A DNA stretch of 64,000 nucleotides from Zootoca vivipara (Eukaryota), in assembly GCF_963506605.1 (NCBI RefSeq), contig NC_083283.1:46252001-46316000 (forward strand), written 5' to 3'. This document shows, in pieces, positions 1-11,813 of this stretch. Made by a program: the position numbers and the translations under genes. Every line of letters starts with the position of its first letter. The first letter of the stretch is position 1. Below the pieces are notes generated by a model that saw only the letters and a list, made by a program, of their open reading frames with translations, searched no databases and was not told where the DNA came from.

Positions 1-230
1 ATATAGAGCGGTTTAACACACTTATTTGGCTAGAAAGAACATCAAGAATACGTTAGGAAAAGGAAAAGCCCCACACTGCACTTTAATTTTCTGGTGGAAT
101 ATTGTGGTGTGGCAAATTGAATGACATTGACAACTGTGAGTCTGACTTATTCTTGTAACCTAACATTTGTGTCTAAGTAGCTCTGTTTGCGTAGTAGCAG
201 CTAACTTGAGATTGTCACCTTTGTTTCTAG

Positions 231-357
231 GAACAGTGGCCCTGGAAGCTTAAGAAGCAGCCAGTATGGGGCATTCGGGAATATGGAAAAGATCAAGGAA
301 CCTAGGCCACTTAATGATAAAGCATACATCCAGCAATGTATCCGACAACTCTACGAA
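231..357 (+). CDS. NDC80: NDC80 exon (1st in window)
   Basis: ttctag|G...GAA|gta; [42 protein letters not shown]. Confidence 0.93.
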
Positions 358-3300
358 GTACTTTTAAACAACTTATATTTGGCCTGGGGTTGGAATATTT
401 AGCTGATTTTAGTTGCCCCTGATTGATGCACCTTAGGAATCTCATTGTAAGATAAAAAGGGTAAAAAATACCCTAGTGTTAAATACTTTGATATATATAT
501 ATTTTAAATGGAAGGTGCTTGGTGCTGTTCAAAGATGTATTCCTTTCTTTTATATTGGTGGGGGGGAATGCCTTTTCTAAGATGCCACCTTCTGAAAAAA
601 GGATTTTTAAAAAAACAACATCGTGCAAGACAGAAGTATTTTTGCTTATACAGTACAAGTCTTTGTAGAAAAATTCATTTAACTTGTATGCTTAGCTTTA
701 TTTGAGTGGTGGCCCTAATTTGGATTGTGTGGCTTCATGAGGCTCTGGCATGAAATATATCATATATACACTATGTATAAGCTGCTCATAGATCTTTACT
801 GTTATAAGAGGTATAATTTTTAAATAACTAAATGTGATAGAAATATAACTTTCCCCCCTCAGTTTCTTACTACAAATGGATATGGTCCTCCTGTCTCTTT
901 GAAGTTGCTCCAGGCTCCATCTACTAAGGACTTTGTGAAAATCTTCACTTTTATTTATGGGCAATTTTGCCCTTCTTATGAACCTCCCAGTTCTAAGTTT
1001 GAAGAAGAAATTCCAAGAAATTTTAGAGAGCTTGGGTAAGTACCAGGATAATATACTATACAGTGGTACCTCTGGTTACGAACAGGATCCGTTCCGGTGG
1101 CCCGTTCGCAACCTGATAAGGCCGCATCCTGAAGTGTGTCTGTGTAGGCACGTGACGTAATTTGGTGCTTCTGCGCAGGCGCAAAGCGTGATTTAGCGCT
1201 TCTGCACATGCTCATGCACCAAACCTGGAAGTAATCAGTTCTGGGACTTCCGGGTTTGGTCCATTCGCAACATGAAAAGACGTATCCTGCAGTGAACATA
1301 ACATGAGGTATGACTGTATGCACATTTTTATCAGCATGGAAACGTTGTCTACACTGCTAAAACAGGAAACTGACATGTGGGCCGAACTTCACCCACCAGA
1401 TTGTTTAGGGGAAGCCACACCCACCCTCCCTATGTAGGGAAGAATTTGGAGATTCCCTTACTGGAGGTCAATAATAGGATAATGATTGCATTTGCAAAGT
1501 AGCAACCCCAATTGTGGAAGTCACTACAAAGGATTCAAATACAATACATGCATGCACATAGCATCGTAAAATCATTAAATCCACTCCTTTATTTCGTTAG
1601 TTCAACACAGTCATAAAACATTATTTCAGCAACACTAATTAGCCCTTTACACTTTATGGCATGCTGTCAGGTGAAAGCACCATCACACTCTGACCCTCAA
1701 ACCGAGGGAGGAAGGAGCCACTAGCTGCCAGAGCCAAGAAACATATTACAAATCTTCTCAATGGACCTCATCCTATTGATTTAATCTTTTATCAAGGGAC
1801 AGTTACCGTACCTCTGTAGCTCATGTTTTCCCCCCTTCTGTGCCCAATACAAAGCCTGTAGGCATAATGTATGGCATTTGTTTTAATCTGAAATAACTAC
1901 CATTGTGTAGTCCACTGGCTCATTACTCATAAACCACTGGTTCACATTAAGAATACTATTTCATATTTGTCAAAAAGGTAGAAATACGATCCATATCCAT
2001 GTAGAAAGGATAATTGGCTGGATCTAGACACATCAAGGAAGCATTTCAGTTAAACACATTGTGAACTTTATGAGAAATTGTGTTGGCAAAAATGGAACTC
2101 GACAGCACCATCTGGCGTCACTGTTACAATGCATACATATACAGTGGTACCTTGGTAATCAAACTGCTTGGCTCCCGAACACTGCAAACCTGGAAGTGAG
2201 CTGGTTTGTGAACGTTTTTGGAAGCCGAACGTCTGAGGCAGCTTCTGATTGAGTGCAGGAAGCTCCTGCAGCCAATCGGAAGCTGTGCCTTGGTTTTCAA
2301 ACGGTTTTGGGAGTCAAACGGACTCCCAGAACAGATTAAGTTTGAGAACCAAGGTACCACTGTAAAGGTAAAGGGACTCCTGACCATTAGGTCCAGTCGT
2401 GACCGACTCTGGGGTTGCGGCGCTCATCTCGCGTTATTGGCTGAGGGAGCCAGCATACAGCTTCCCGGTCATGTGGCCAGCATGACAAAGCCGCTTCTGG
2501 CAAACCAGAGCAGCACATGGAGACACAGGAAGGTACCACTGTAAAACACACATAAAACACATTTTCTTTACCAATCTAGCTGAGTCTATTATATGTATAA
2601 CTAGAGTTTCCTACTCTGTGTCAATCATTCTCTTGAAGTGTTTGAGTATACAGCATGTGGTCTATCTCACTAACATATTAGCATAATTTAACCTGGTCTT
2701 GCTAGCTTTGATAACCTGTTATCTTTTGACACAGGCATAGTCAATAGGCTATGCACAGTCAACTTAAAAGGCCAAATTGTGGATCGTAAGAAATAACAAT
2801 AATTAAACCTTGGGCAGAGCAACCCTAAATGGGGCTATGGAACAACTGAATAGTAGAGTCACTGCCACATCCAAAGCCCTGCTGCTTGTACTGGTATAGT
2901 ATGTTTGTGTGAGAGAGGCACAGATATGTGGCCTGTCTCTTACTGCAGTAGCACCAGACTGGTGCACCTAAGGAATCCTAATAGGGGACCTCTCAGCAGG
3001 AAGCAATCATGGATCCAACAGATCCTTAGCTGGCTCTGCTCCACCCCCATAATGACCTGAATCAGAGCCCATACACTGGCTACCAGTGATGGGATCATTG
3101 CTAGCAGTAAATGCTAGCAGCTTCTCAACTGACTACTTTTGGCAACCACAACAAGGTCTCTAAGGTGGCGGGGTTTTGCAGACAAATACCTCCACCATAT
3201 CCTAATCTCTAGTGGGGTTGGTGCATAATCAAAGTTGAGGAAAGAAATGCTTTTCATATCTGACTACACTTCCTAACCTTAATATTAAATAGCATATATT

Positions 3301-6300
3301 TTGGTATCTTTTAAAAATCAAAATATATTACACAACTTTCTAATATTTTCTTTTTAAATCTTTTTTTAAAAAATATTTTCTGCTTTTGTTATAGGTACCC
3401 CTTTGCATTGTCAAAAAGTGCTATGTGCACAGTGGGAGCACCGCATACGTGGCCTCAGATTGTAGGAGCTCTGGTCTGGCTGACAGATTGTGTCAAGGTA
3501 CCACAAAGTCATTGGAATAAGTCTCCAGTTACTTTTACAGGGTTTGCACGTAAATCAAACATGGAAAGCTCGGCTTTACTTTTACTTTTTATTTATTTTT
3601 TATAAACATGGAAACTAAACATTTTATATTGGTTAGGTAAACTCGTAGCCATTTTGGACTCACTGTTCTTCTGGCGATTTTGGCAGCCAGGTTCTTTGCA
3701 ACTTAAGAGTTCTAGAACTACTTTGACTTTAGGTGATATAGAGAAGGCTCGGCCAAAGCAATAAAATCTAGGTAATTTTAATACTGCATTTTCTTGGTTA
3801 CATCTATTTTTGTAAATGTGGTATTGACAAGAGATTTGTACAGCTTCATTGCTGTTACTAAGGAAACCTACATACTCCTGTATAAATGTAAAGAAATCTA
3901 CTTTGCACCTTTATACACTAGTCTATAGCAGCAGCTAGGTATCACCTGTATTCTGTTGAATAGTACTAATTCCTGAGTGTTAATATATGATCTTCTCTGT
4001 CCTTTTCAGTTGTTTTCTTGTTTGAAAGAAAACATGCCATCATTTGATGAAGTGCAGACATTGGAAGGAGAGACTGAAGATGGAATTGTACATAACAAAG
4101 TATGTGACATGAAATATCAGGAAATGTGCTATTTTTGCAAGAGCACAAAAAAGCAATGTTCAGGTCTAAAGGAAGAGACAGCTTCTCTTCCCCTCCCTCT
4201 TGATTTCCCCAACTCTGCCCAAAGTTCCTTCATCTGTGAGCCTACACATAGGCACAGAGTTTAGAACATTTTGAGAGAAACAGAAAATTTCTACTGAGGT
4301 CTACTAATCTCATGCTTTAATTCCTGTTACTAGGCAGGGATGAGTATTCATCTGAGAATTTTATAATTCCATTTGTTTCAACACTGTATCATTACCACCT
4401 CTTCTCTGCTCTCCCCCCACACAGTGGTATACGTATTTCCAAAATACAGTGGTGCAGAAGATTTGCACCAATTCCTAAAGCACCCCCGCCAGTGTAGTTA
4501 GGAGACAGAATTATGCGCCTAATGTCCCTCAAAATACAAAAAAAATTATTTGTTTGAAGTTCCATTAAAGCTTTTGTTAAAATGCAGCTGATTCCAGGAA
4601 ACGTAGAAATAACTTGGTTGCTCATCTTGGGTTATTTTATAGACTTGCTACATAATACAGTTCTGATTGGCCTCTGCTTCTTTGGTTAAAAATCCCTATA
4701 ATGAAACTGACTTGCATAACTTTATTTGCAGCTTTTTTTAGACTACACTAAAAAATGCTATGACCATTTTATGAGTGGTGAAGACAGCTTTGAAGAATTT
4801 GATGCTGAAATATACTCCAAATTAAGTAAGTACAGTAGTTTTCATTTAAAAACTAAATAGAACTCAGTGGATGCAAATGGTAATCTTGTGGTTTCTTTAG
4901 CACTTTTCTGTAGTTAACAAATTTTTAAAAAATTGTTAACCCATAGTGAACTTGTTGACTATAATCAACATTCATTTAGTTAAATGGAAGAATTGTATCT
5001 CAAAACCTTCTCGCTTTGCCTAGCTCCCTTTTCTGTGAACCAAAGTACTTATATCTAGCCTCTAGAAGTCATATGGATAAAAACAGTCCAATCCAGTCCA
5101 GGTATCTTTAGGAAATCCTATCCCTGGTTAAAGTAATCATTGATTATATATAAAAAATAAACAATTTGTGCTTGATAAACTATAGTTCCTGCATTCTATC
5201 TGTCTTTTCTGACAGGCATGGGTTAGCTTTTAGGTCATTGGGGCATTCTAGTGAGTAGTCCATAGGTCTTTAATATTAAATATTGCTACACATGGAGTAA
5301 TGTGAGTAAGAGTATATGATGCTTGATTAAATTTTAGCAAAAATATGGGGACTGATTTTTTTTAAAAAAATGTCCCATAGAGGTGGTGGTGGGAATGGTA
5401 TTAGTGACTCAAACAGCTTCAACCATGCATCAAGTCTTCCTGTGCACTATGTTTTGACAGAATTATGTGATGAATTAGTTAAAGCTTGGCACGTGGGTGG
5501 TGCTGTGGGTTAAGCCTAGGGCTTGCTGATCAGCTCGGTGGTTTGAATCCCTGCGAGCTCCCGTTGCTCGGTCCCAGCTCCTGCCAACCTAGCAGTTCGA
5601 AAGCATGTCAAAGTGCAAGTAGATAAATAGGTACCGCTCTGGCAGGAAGGTAAACGGCGTATCCGTGTGCTGCTCTGGTTTGCCAGAAGCGGCTTAGTCA
5701 TGCTGGCCACATGACCTGGAAGCTGTACCCCGGGACCCTCGGCCAATAGAGCGAGATGAGCGCTGCAACCCCAGAGTCGGTCACGACTGGACCTAATGGT
5801 CAGCGGTCCCTTTACCTTAACCTAGTTAAAGCTTGATACCTTAAATTCTCTTCCTCATGCATTTGCCTTGCTTTCCATCTTTCCCTGAAATCTGTTCTTT
5901 TCTTGATGTTTCCATATATGTTGCCCATTTACATTTCCTTATGGTGTTTCCATTTATCTGGTAGTTTCCATTTCCCCTATCTGCCCAAACTATTCTAGCC
6001 TCTGTTGAACTGTAATATATTACAAATGGTCCTAGGACACGCTCTCAGACCCATGATGTAGCTTTTTTTGCTAATTGTGTACCAACATTGGATAATTGAC
6101 TGCCTGGGAGCCCTTTGTACACCACCTTGAGTTCAATGATGAAATAAAGGTGGAATATAAATGTACTAAATAAAAAGAAGTGCTAGTTGAAACTTTACTG
6201 TATTCATCACACACAACTTGGTATCTGATGAAGTGTGCATGCACACGAAAGCTCATACCAATGACAAACTTAGTTGGTCTCTAAGGTGCTACTGGGAGGA

Positions 6301-9300
6301 ATCTTTTTATTTTGTTTTGACTACGGCCAACCAACACGGCTACCTACCTGTAAACACAACTTGTATTTCATGTAAAAAAGCGACAAAGTATTCCACATAG
6401 AGAGCAGTTAGGGCAATCTATTCTGCAATGCAGCAACTTTATTCCTTCTGTACATTGCCTTGCAAAATAGCAGTGGCTTGTAGTAACATCTGCAGAAGCC
6501 AGTGTAAATTTGCTTCCTAATGTATTCTTTGTTCTGAGCTCCCTATTTTGGTATAATTGATGTGTTGAGTTATTAGCAGGTTATTTTGACTTTTTTCTTT
6601 TTCTTTCAGAGGATCTGTTTAAGATAAATGAACATCATTTGGAGGCGTTCGAAGCAGAACTAAAAACGCTGAATGAGGAGATTGCAAAGCGTGAGAAGGA
6701 GAGAGAAAGTGAACCAGTGTGTAATGGCTGTGGGAATAATATAAATACTATTTAAAATATCTTCCCCACATTTGTTTCATCTGCCATTCAGGATATGATT
6801 TCATTGCAGTATGTTAACTTATCTATTGTGGGCATTTGTTTTCTTTTTTTAAAGGACCGTTTAGTGAGTCTACGTAAACTGAAATCATCTTTAAAGGCAG
6901 ATGTTCAGAAATATAATGCTTACATGGCCAGCCTGGAATCTCGCTCAAATGCTTTTAGTCAAAAATCAAAGAATATTACGGAGGAGTTGGAGACTGGTGG
7001 TAAGGACAAAACACTGCTCAACAGTAACTTGTTGTATATCGTATTTCATTGTCCCATCTGTTTTCTAAAATAAAATATTGTGTTTATCTCTGTATCGTAG
7101 TGATCTTTTTCCAAAGGAGGGATTTGCATAGAAATTATTTGTTTTTGGACTATTGTGAGCTGGTAAACAAGTCAAGTTAGTCATATGAAGATAATTTTAG
7201 ATCTAAAATAAAGGTACCCTTAAAGTATAAAGGGCTAATTTAAAACTATAAGACAGGTTCTTTTTTGTGGTATTTCCCAAGTGTCAGAAAAAAGACGTGT
7301 GTTAAATAGCACTGAGGTTATTTATCTCTTCCCTTCTTACTTTTGCTAAGTTTCTCATTTCTTTCAATAAGTTTCAGTTTGTGAAAAAGCAGAATTCCAC
7401 TTGAGAACTCAAGTTCCAAACACTCTGGAATTCTATCCACAAATGCAAACAAAGTTTTAAGCTAATTTAAAAGAAGTAGAAATGAGTACTGTGATCTGCA
7501 GCAACATGTTCGTAACTGGTTCTGTTTTTCATTTTGTGTTCCTAACAAAGTTTTACATGTTCTTAAATTTAGCCATTGAACTGGAAGCCCTGAAACAAGA
7601 GAATGCTCAACTGAAGTACATTTGTGATAATCAGAAGCACTCCGTTGCAGATATTGAGAGGCTAAAGAGTGAAATAGAGGAGTTGGTGCAGACAGTCAAT
7701 AAAAAAACCAAGGAACTGGAGACAGAGCAACATCACTTGTGGAATGAGGAATTAAAATACGCTAGAGGAAAAGAAGAGGTATGTGAATCTACACTAAGGT
7801 TTTGAAATCAGATATTCCGGCCACTCCCAAAGTCTGCTACTTTATGCTTTATAAACTGGATGAAATTACAGAGCTTGATTCATGTGGTAGAAGAGTGATT
7901 GCTAGAATCCTAATGGTTTTGCAAGCTGCTAGAGCAGGCATCCCCAAACTGTGGCCCTCCAGATGTTTTGACCTACAACTCCCATGATCCCTAGCTAACA
8001 GGACCAGTGGTCAGGGATGATGGGAATTGTAGGCCAAAACATCTGGAGGGCCGAAGTTTGGGGATGCCTGAGCTAGAGCATGAGGTATAGCCACAATTTT
8101 GCTTTTAGTCTTTAACTTAAGCAATAGGAGTTGCAGTTCTGTTTGCCTGACACTGGATCATGTTTCAGTTACAACAGTGCATATTTTTGTTGAGAATTGG
8201 TGTACCAAAACTGACTTGATAAACTGCTGCCCGGGTCACTATAGTCTAGCAACTACTTAACTTTTTTACTGAATCACACTCTGAAAGACAATATAGAAAG
8301 GGCATTTTTTCCATGTTGAAGCACAAAACAAATTTGAGCCAAAAACGCACCAAATACTTTAGATTTTGTTTCCTTGCTCTTGTCAATTTCTCAACTGCAG
8401 TGTTTTAAAGCTGTACCTCTTTTTGTGTTTCCCCCCCTCTTTAACAGATTGAAGCCCAATTGGCAGACTTCCATAGAGGGGCTCGAAAGCTAAAACTAAT
8501 ACCTATAAATTCAGAGAACTCCAGCGGCCTTGATTTTGAGATTAAGTTTAAGCCAGATTCAGGGCCAAACTGTCTGGTCAAATACAGAGAACAAATTCAT
8601 GTAAGTGTGTGCTTATGTTTTGGTGTAGTCCTCTTTAAAAAGAGTCATACAAGGTGTAAGGGGGGGGGCGTAGATTTTAACATTGCTTAGAAGTGAAGAA
8701 CACTTAGCAGAACTAACTTGCCCTACTTGTGGACTTCCCAAAGGCTCATGGATGGCAACTGTTGGTAAAGAGGACGTTGGCTGTCCTTATGATAGAATGG
8801 ATAATGAATCAGAATGTTAGTGCATTATCTTAAATTCATTAAAATATAACTAGGTATTCCAAAGTTGTCACAGTGGGATAAGGATGCACGCAGTCAGGAC
8901 TCATTTGGCCCCTTGGGAGTATCCTATCAGTTCATGGAAATGTCTTTCACCCAGTTTTCATCTGTCTCTCCCACCCCCTTTACAATATCTCTATAATCAT
9001 TACAGGTCCCACTTAAGCACCTCATAAGCAATACTGAAGATGAAATTGAACGTGCAATAAAGAGAAAAATTGGTCTAGAAGAGGCCTTAGAACAGGTGAG
9101 TGTCCAAATACTTTGGCTCCAACCGGAAGCCACTGCCCTTCAAAATTTTAACTGTCCCCAAAACAAAAAATATAAATTAAGTAGATTTGTGTTGGTGGTT
9201 AAGTACAGGTAGCTAGTTAGTAGTGGAGGGAATAGCTGAATGAATAGTGGAATGAAGTAAAGACAGGGAACTATTGATGCCTTTAATCCCTTTTCAGCTA

Positions 9301-11697
9301 CACACTTAACTTCTCTGAACTATTGGCAGATGTAGCTCGTGCATTTTCAAACCCTGTTCTGCATATAGGCTAAGTAGTGAAGGTTTAGATTCTTGAGATG
9401 CCAAATCGGACCATATGATTGATTCTAAACTCATTCCCTGATCCTCTAAGGCAGCATGTTAGGAGTGTTCTGTCTGCCACCACTAGAAGTGTAGATGCCT
9501 AAGTAATGGACTGGATACAGAGGCTACTTTGTTCCTTTCTTCTGCTATTGATATCTTTTTATTAAATGCACATTTTAAAGGGAAGCACAATGGTAGCAGA
9601 GCAGAACAGCACTCTCAAAATGCTAAGAGAAGAAGGCCAAAAAATGGAAGATCATTATCAGCAAATAATGAAGGTAGGTAAAGTGTTGCTAAACAGGTTT
9701 GAACACTTACAAGACAGTGATTTGTTTACTGGAATGCTAGTCTGCATCTATTTATAAATATATGTTTGTAAATAATTCCTTTAAAGTGGTTACTTAGGAC
9801 AATGAATGTTTGCTTTTATGAAATCACGTCTAAAAGTGGGAAGTGGTTGACTACTTCAATTGGCAGGCTTGTGAGAGACCAACTGCTTGTGAGGGATAGT
9901 GTGTCTGAATTTTCATGAAAGTTTGAGGATACACCACAAGACTCTTCACAACCTCCACCTGGAATGGGAGCTAATTATCTGCTGGTGAAGAAAAATATTC
10001 CCTATCCTTGAGCAATATTCCAGAATTGAAACAAAGCCACTATATATTATATTCATAGCCCTCCTCCCAATTTCCTCTTTGAATAGATAGTGTCTATATA
10101 CATGTTACAACCATGTCATTACATTAACATATCCTGAAGTGATAATTCATATTGCAGAAAATTGAAGAAGAGGAAGAAAAAGGTATCCAAGAGCTGCAAT
10201 CGTTGGAAAAACATAAATATTTGCTTGAGGGTGGAGTCAATGAAGGTGTCAGTGAAGCTAAGAAAGAGCTACAAGAACTCGAATGCCAGTAAGTGGAATA
10301 GTCTATCGAGATGTAGATGTAGGATGTGTTTTAAAATATGCTAATGTATCTGAATTTTGTTTCTCTTCTGCAAGTGCTCAGTTATTTTTGAACAGTATCT
10401 ATATTGAATGAATGTGCAAGAAATGATCTAACACCAAATTTGGTATGCCTTAACCCATTAAAATCAGTAAGCATACTTAACAGTTTTGGATTGTAGTCAT
10501 GATGTATTTACTCCCCAGATACCAAGTGGTTATGAAAACAACATCGGAAGAGAAACAGAGACTGCATAAAAATCTAGAACTCTGTCTGGAACTGACATCT
10601 AGCCATCTTGTGTCTGTAAAGGTAACTAATTCTACACTAGCTTAAACTATTATTGATTTTCAACATTTGGTGATTCCTTAAATGCTTATACTTTAAGTGC
10701 TTATTTCTTCATGAGTGACCATACATAGCTTAATAAGCATGCATGTGTTTTTCATATGGAGGGGCTATAGCTCAGTAATAAAGATGTGCAAGCAGAAAGC
10801 CCCAGGTTCAGTCCCTGGCATCTCCATAAGATAGGTGATGAGAAATCCCTAAGTTTGAGTCATTGGAGTGCTGCTACCAGTCAGAACAGATAGCACTCTT
10901 AGATGGAGTAAGTGACCTGATTAGGTACATGGAAGCTTTCCAAATTCATGCAAAATGGGGGGAGATAAAATAATTTGGTACTTTCATATTATATTCCTGT
11001 TTTCCATATATGTGTTGGAATTCTGCCTGATAAAACACTACATATTATAGGTTAAGGTAGGTGTATTTCTCTGGCGGCTTAGAAAGAAGGCAAGTAGTGC
11101 ATATAACTACATTGCAGGGGATTGGACTAGATGATCCTCAGGATCCCTTCCAACTCTATGATTCTGTGCAATTACTAATTTATTAAAATCATGCTATGCT
11201 GGTTTCTAAAAAAAAAAAATCCACCACCTGTATGATTTACTGCACCAGACTGGATGGGCATGTTTATTTGAATGCAAATCTAATTGAGGGCAACAAAGTG
11301 CATTGGATTTATGCCTATAGTTCCTGATCCAACAAATGATATGCATGCAATAGCTTGTTTCTCTGTGTTGGTTTTCTTACCTGGGTCTGGACAAGAGTTT
11401 TTAGCAAGATGATGAGACACAGTCCCAACATAACTTTGATTATGTTGCTTCTCCACAATGTTTGCTTTGTTTTATAAAAGGTTGAGATTTCTCTTCTGCT
11501 GCTATGCCTTTCAAAAAAACAGTTCTAAAATCTGACCTCTTATTTTATTCTAGACCTACCTGACTGAACAAAATGCAAAAGTTGATAGGGCGTTTGGTAA
11601 ACTGATGTCTGAAGATCCATTGGCAAGCTTGAAAGAAATCCTCAATAGTTACAAAAAGAAGGTTGAGACTTTGTATGCCTCGGAAAAAGGAGAGTGA
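231..11697 (+). CDS. NDC80: Kinetochore protein NDC80/HEC1, 5'-partial spliced CDS, 14 exons in window
   Basis: join(231..357,863..1035,3395..3497,4010..4099,4732..4825,6610..6716,6855..6999,7573..7778,8448..8600,9006..9095,9581..9673,10158..10288,10519..10621,11554..11697). 1759 nt = 1 + 586 codons incl. TGA; all introns GT-AG. Peptides [19 protein letters not shown] and [24 protein letters not shown] match the NDC80 CH domain, followed by coiled coil. Confidence 0.97.
863..1035 (+). CDS. NDC80: NDC80 exon (2nd)
   Basis: ctcag|TTT...GG|gtaag; [30 protein letters not shown]...[13 protein letters not shown]. Confidence 0.95.
1061..1316. mobile_element. Tc1/mariner (Tigger-like) MITE
   Basis: TA|CAGTGGTACCTC ... 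GAGGTATGACTG|TA. Confidence 0.8.
2142..2362. mobile_element. Tc1/mariner MITE
   Basis: TA|CAGTGGTACCTTGG ... CCAAGGTACCACTG|TA. Confidence 0.85.
2367..2529 (-). mobile_element. Sauria SINE, 5'-truncated
   Basis: Reverse complement of the 3' half of the 5489 copy; 16-bp TSD AAGGTACCACTGTAAA. Confidence 0.9.
3395..3497 (+). CDS. NDC80: NDC80 exon (3rd)
   Basis: atag|G...AAG|gta; [34 protein letters not shown]. Confidence 0.95.
4010..4099 (+). CDS. NDC80: NDC80 exon (4th)
   Basis: ttcag|TTG...AAA|gtatgt; [30 protein letters not shown]. Confidence 0.93.
4732..4825 (+). CDS. NDC80: NDC80 exon (5th)
   Basis: tgcag|CTT...A|gtaag; [31 protein letters not shown]. Confidence 0.94.
5489..5822 (+). 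mobile_element. Sauria SINE, near full length
   Basis: tRNA-like head, CCTTTACCTT tail, 13-bp TSD TAGTTAAAGCTTG (5476-5488, 5823-5835). Confidence 0.92.
6218..6261 (+). ncRNA. Minimal type I hammerhead ribozyme motif (Penelope-like element type)
   Basis: TTGGTAT-CTGATGA-A-GTGTGCATGCACAC-GAAA-GC-TC-ATACCAA: stem I 7 bp, core CUGAUGA/GAAA, palindromic stem II, AGCU stem III; predicted cut at 6254/6255. Confidence 0.85.
6221..6353 (+). mobile_element. Short Penelope-like (pLTR-type) retroposon copy, variant A
   Basis: Homologous to the copies at 15577, 37012 and 58441; 10-bp TSD ACACAACTTG at 6211-6220 and 6354-6363. Confidence 0.8.
6610..6716 (+). CDS. NDC80: NDC80 exon (6th)
   Basis: ttcag|AG...CCA|gtgtgt; [35 protein letters not shown]. 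Confidence 0.92.
6855..6999 (+). CDS. NDC80: NDC80 exon (7th)
   Basis: taaag|GAC...G|gtaag; [28 protein letters not shown]. Confidence 0.93.
7573..7778 (+). CDS. NDC80: NDC80 exon (8th)
   Basis: ttag|CC...GAG|gtatgt; [14 protein letters not shown]...[14 protein letters not shown]. Confidence 0.94.
7935..8070. mobile_element. hAT-type palindromic MITE
   Basis: TIR CAGGCATCCCCAAACT; 8-bp TSD TGCTAGAG/AGCTAGAG; second copy at 27286. Confidence 0.88.
8448..8600 (+). CDS. NDC80: NDC80 exon (9th), loop region
   Basis: aacag|ATT...CAT|gtaag; [34 protein letters not shown]. Confidence 0.94.
9006..9095 (+). CDS. NDC80: NDC80 exon (10th)
   Basis: tacag|GTC...CAG|gtgag; [30 protein letters not shown]. 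Confidence 0.93.
9581..9673 (+). CDS. NDC80: NDC80 exon (11th)
   Basis: taaag|GGA...AAG|gtagg; [31 protein letters not shown]. Confidence 0.9.
10158..10288 (+). CDS. NDC80: NDC80 exon (12th)
   Basis: tgcag|AAA...CA|gtaag; [30 protein letters not shown]. Confidence 0.93.
10519..10621 (+). CDS. NDC80: NDC80 exon (13th)
   Basis: cccag|A...AAG|gtaac; [34 protein letters not shown]. Confidence 0.92.
10761..10941 (+). mobile_element. Old tRNA-derived SINE
   Basis: GGGGCTATAGCTCAGT head with B-box-like GGTTCAGTCCC; related to 57793-57968. Confidence 0.6.
11110..11168 (+). mobile_element. CR1-type 3' end fragment
   Basis: TTGGACTAGATGATCCTCAGGATCCCTTCCAACTCTATGATTCT. Confidence 0.7.
11554..11697 (+). 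CDS. NDC80: NDC80 terminal coding exon
   Basis: tctag|ACC...GAG TGA; [36 protein letters not shown]. Confidence 0.92.
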   Translation, partial: TYLTEQNAKVDRAFGKLMSEDPLASLKEILNSYKKKVETLYASEKGE

Positions 11698-11807
11698 AAA
11701 CCTATTTGAATCTTTTACAAATAACATTATGCTATGCTTAACTTTACTTTATTTCCATATATTCCAATTTAGCATGTAAGTATTTAAAGTTGAGAAAGTT
11801 TTTTTAA

Positions 11808-11813
11808 AATAAA
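11808..11813 (+). terminator. Candidate polyadenylation signal of NDC80
   Basis: AATAAA about 110 nt after the stop codon, followed by GT-rich sequence. Confidence 0.55.

Noticed and set aside
1400-2100. Faint minus-strand RT-like words (FLDVS, GLR...LSP)
   Set aside because: Too degraded to call without a search
5489-5560. tRNA-like sequences (also 10761, 13500, 14200, 57793)
   Set aside because: SINE heads; no complete cloverleaf
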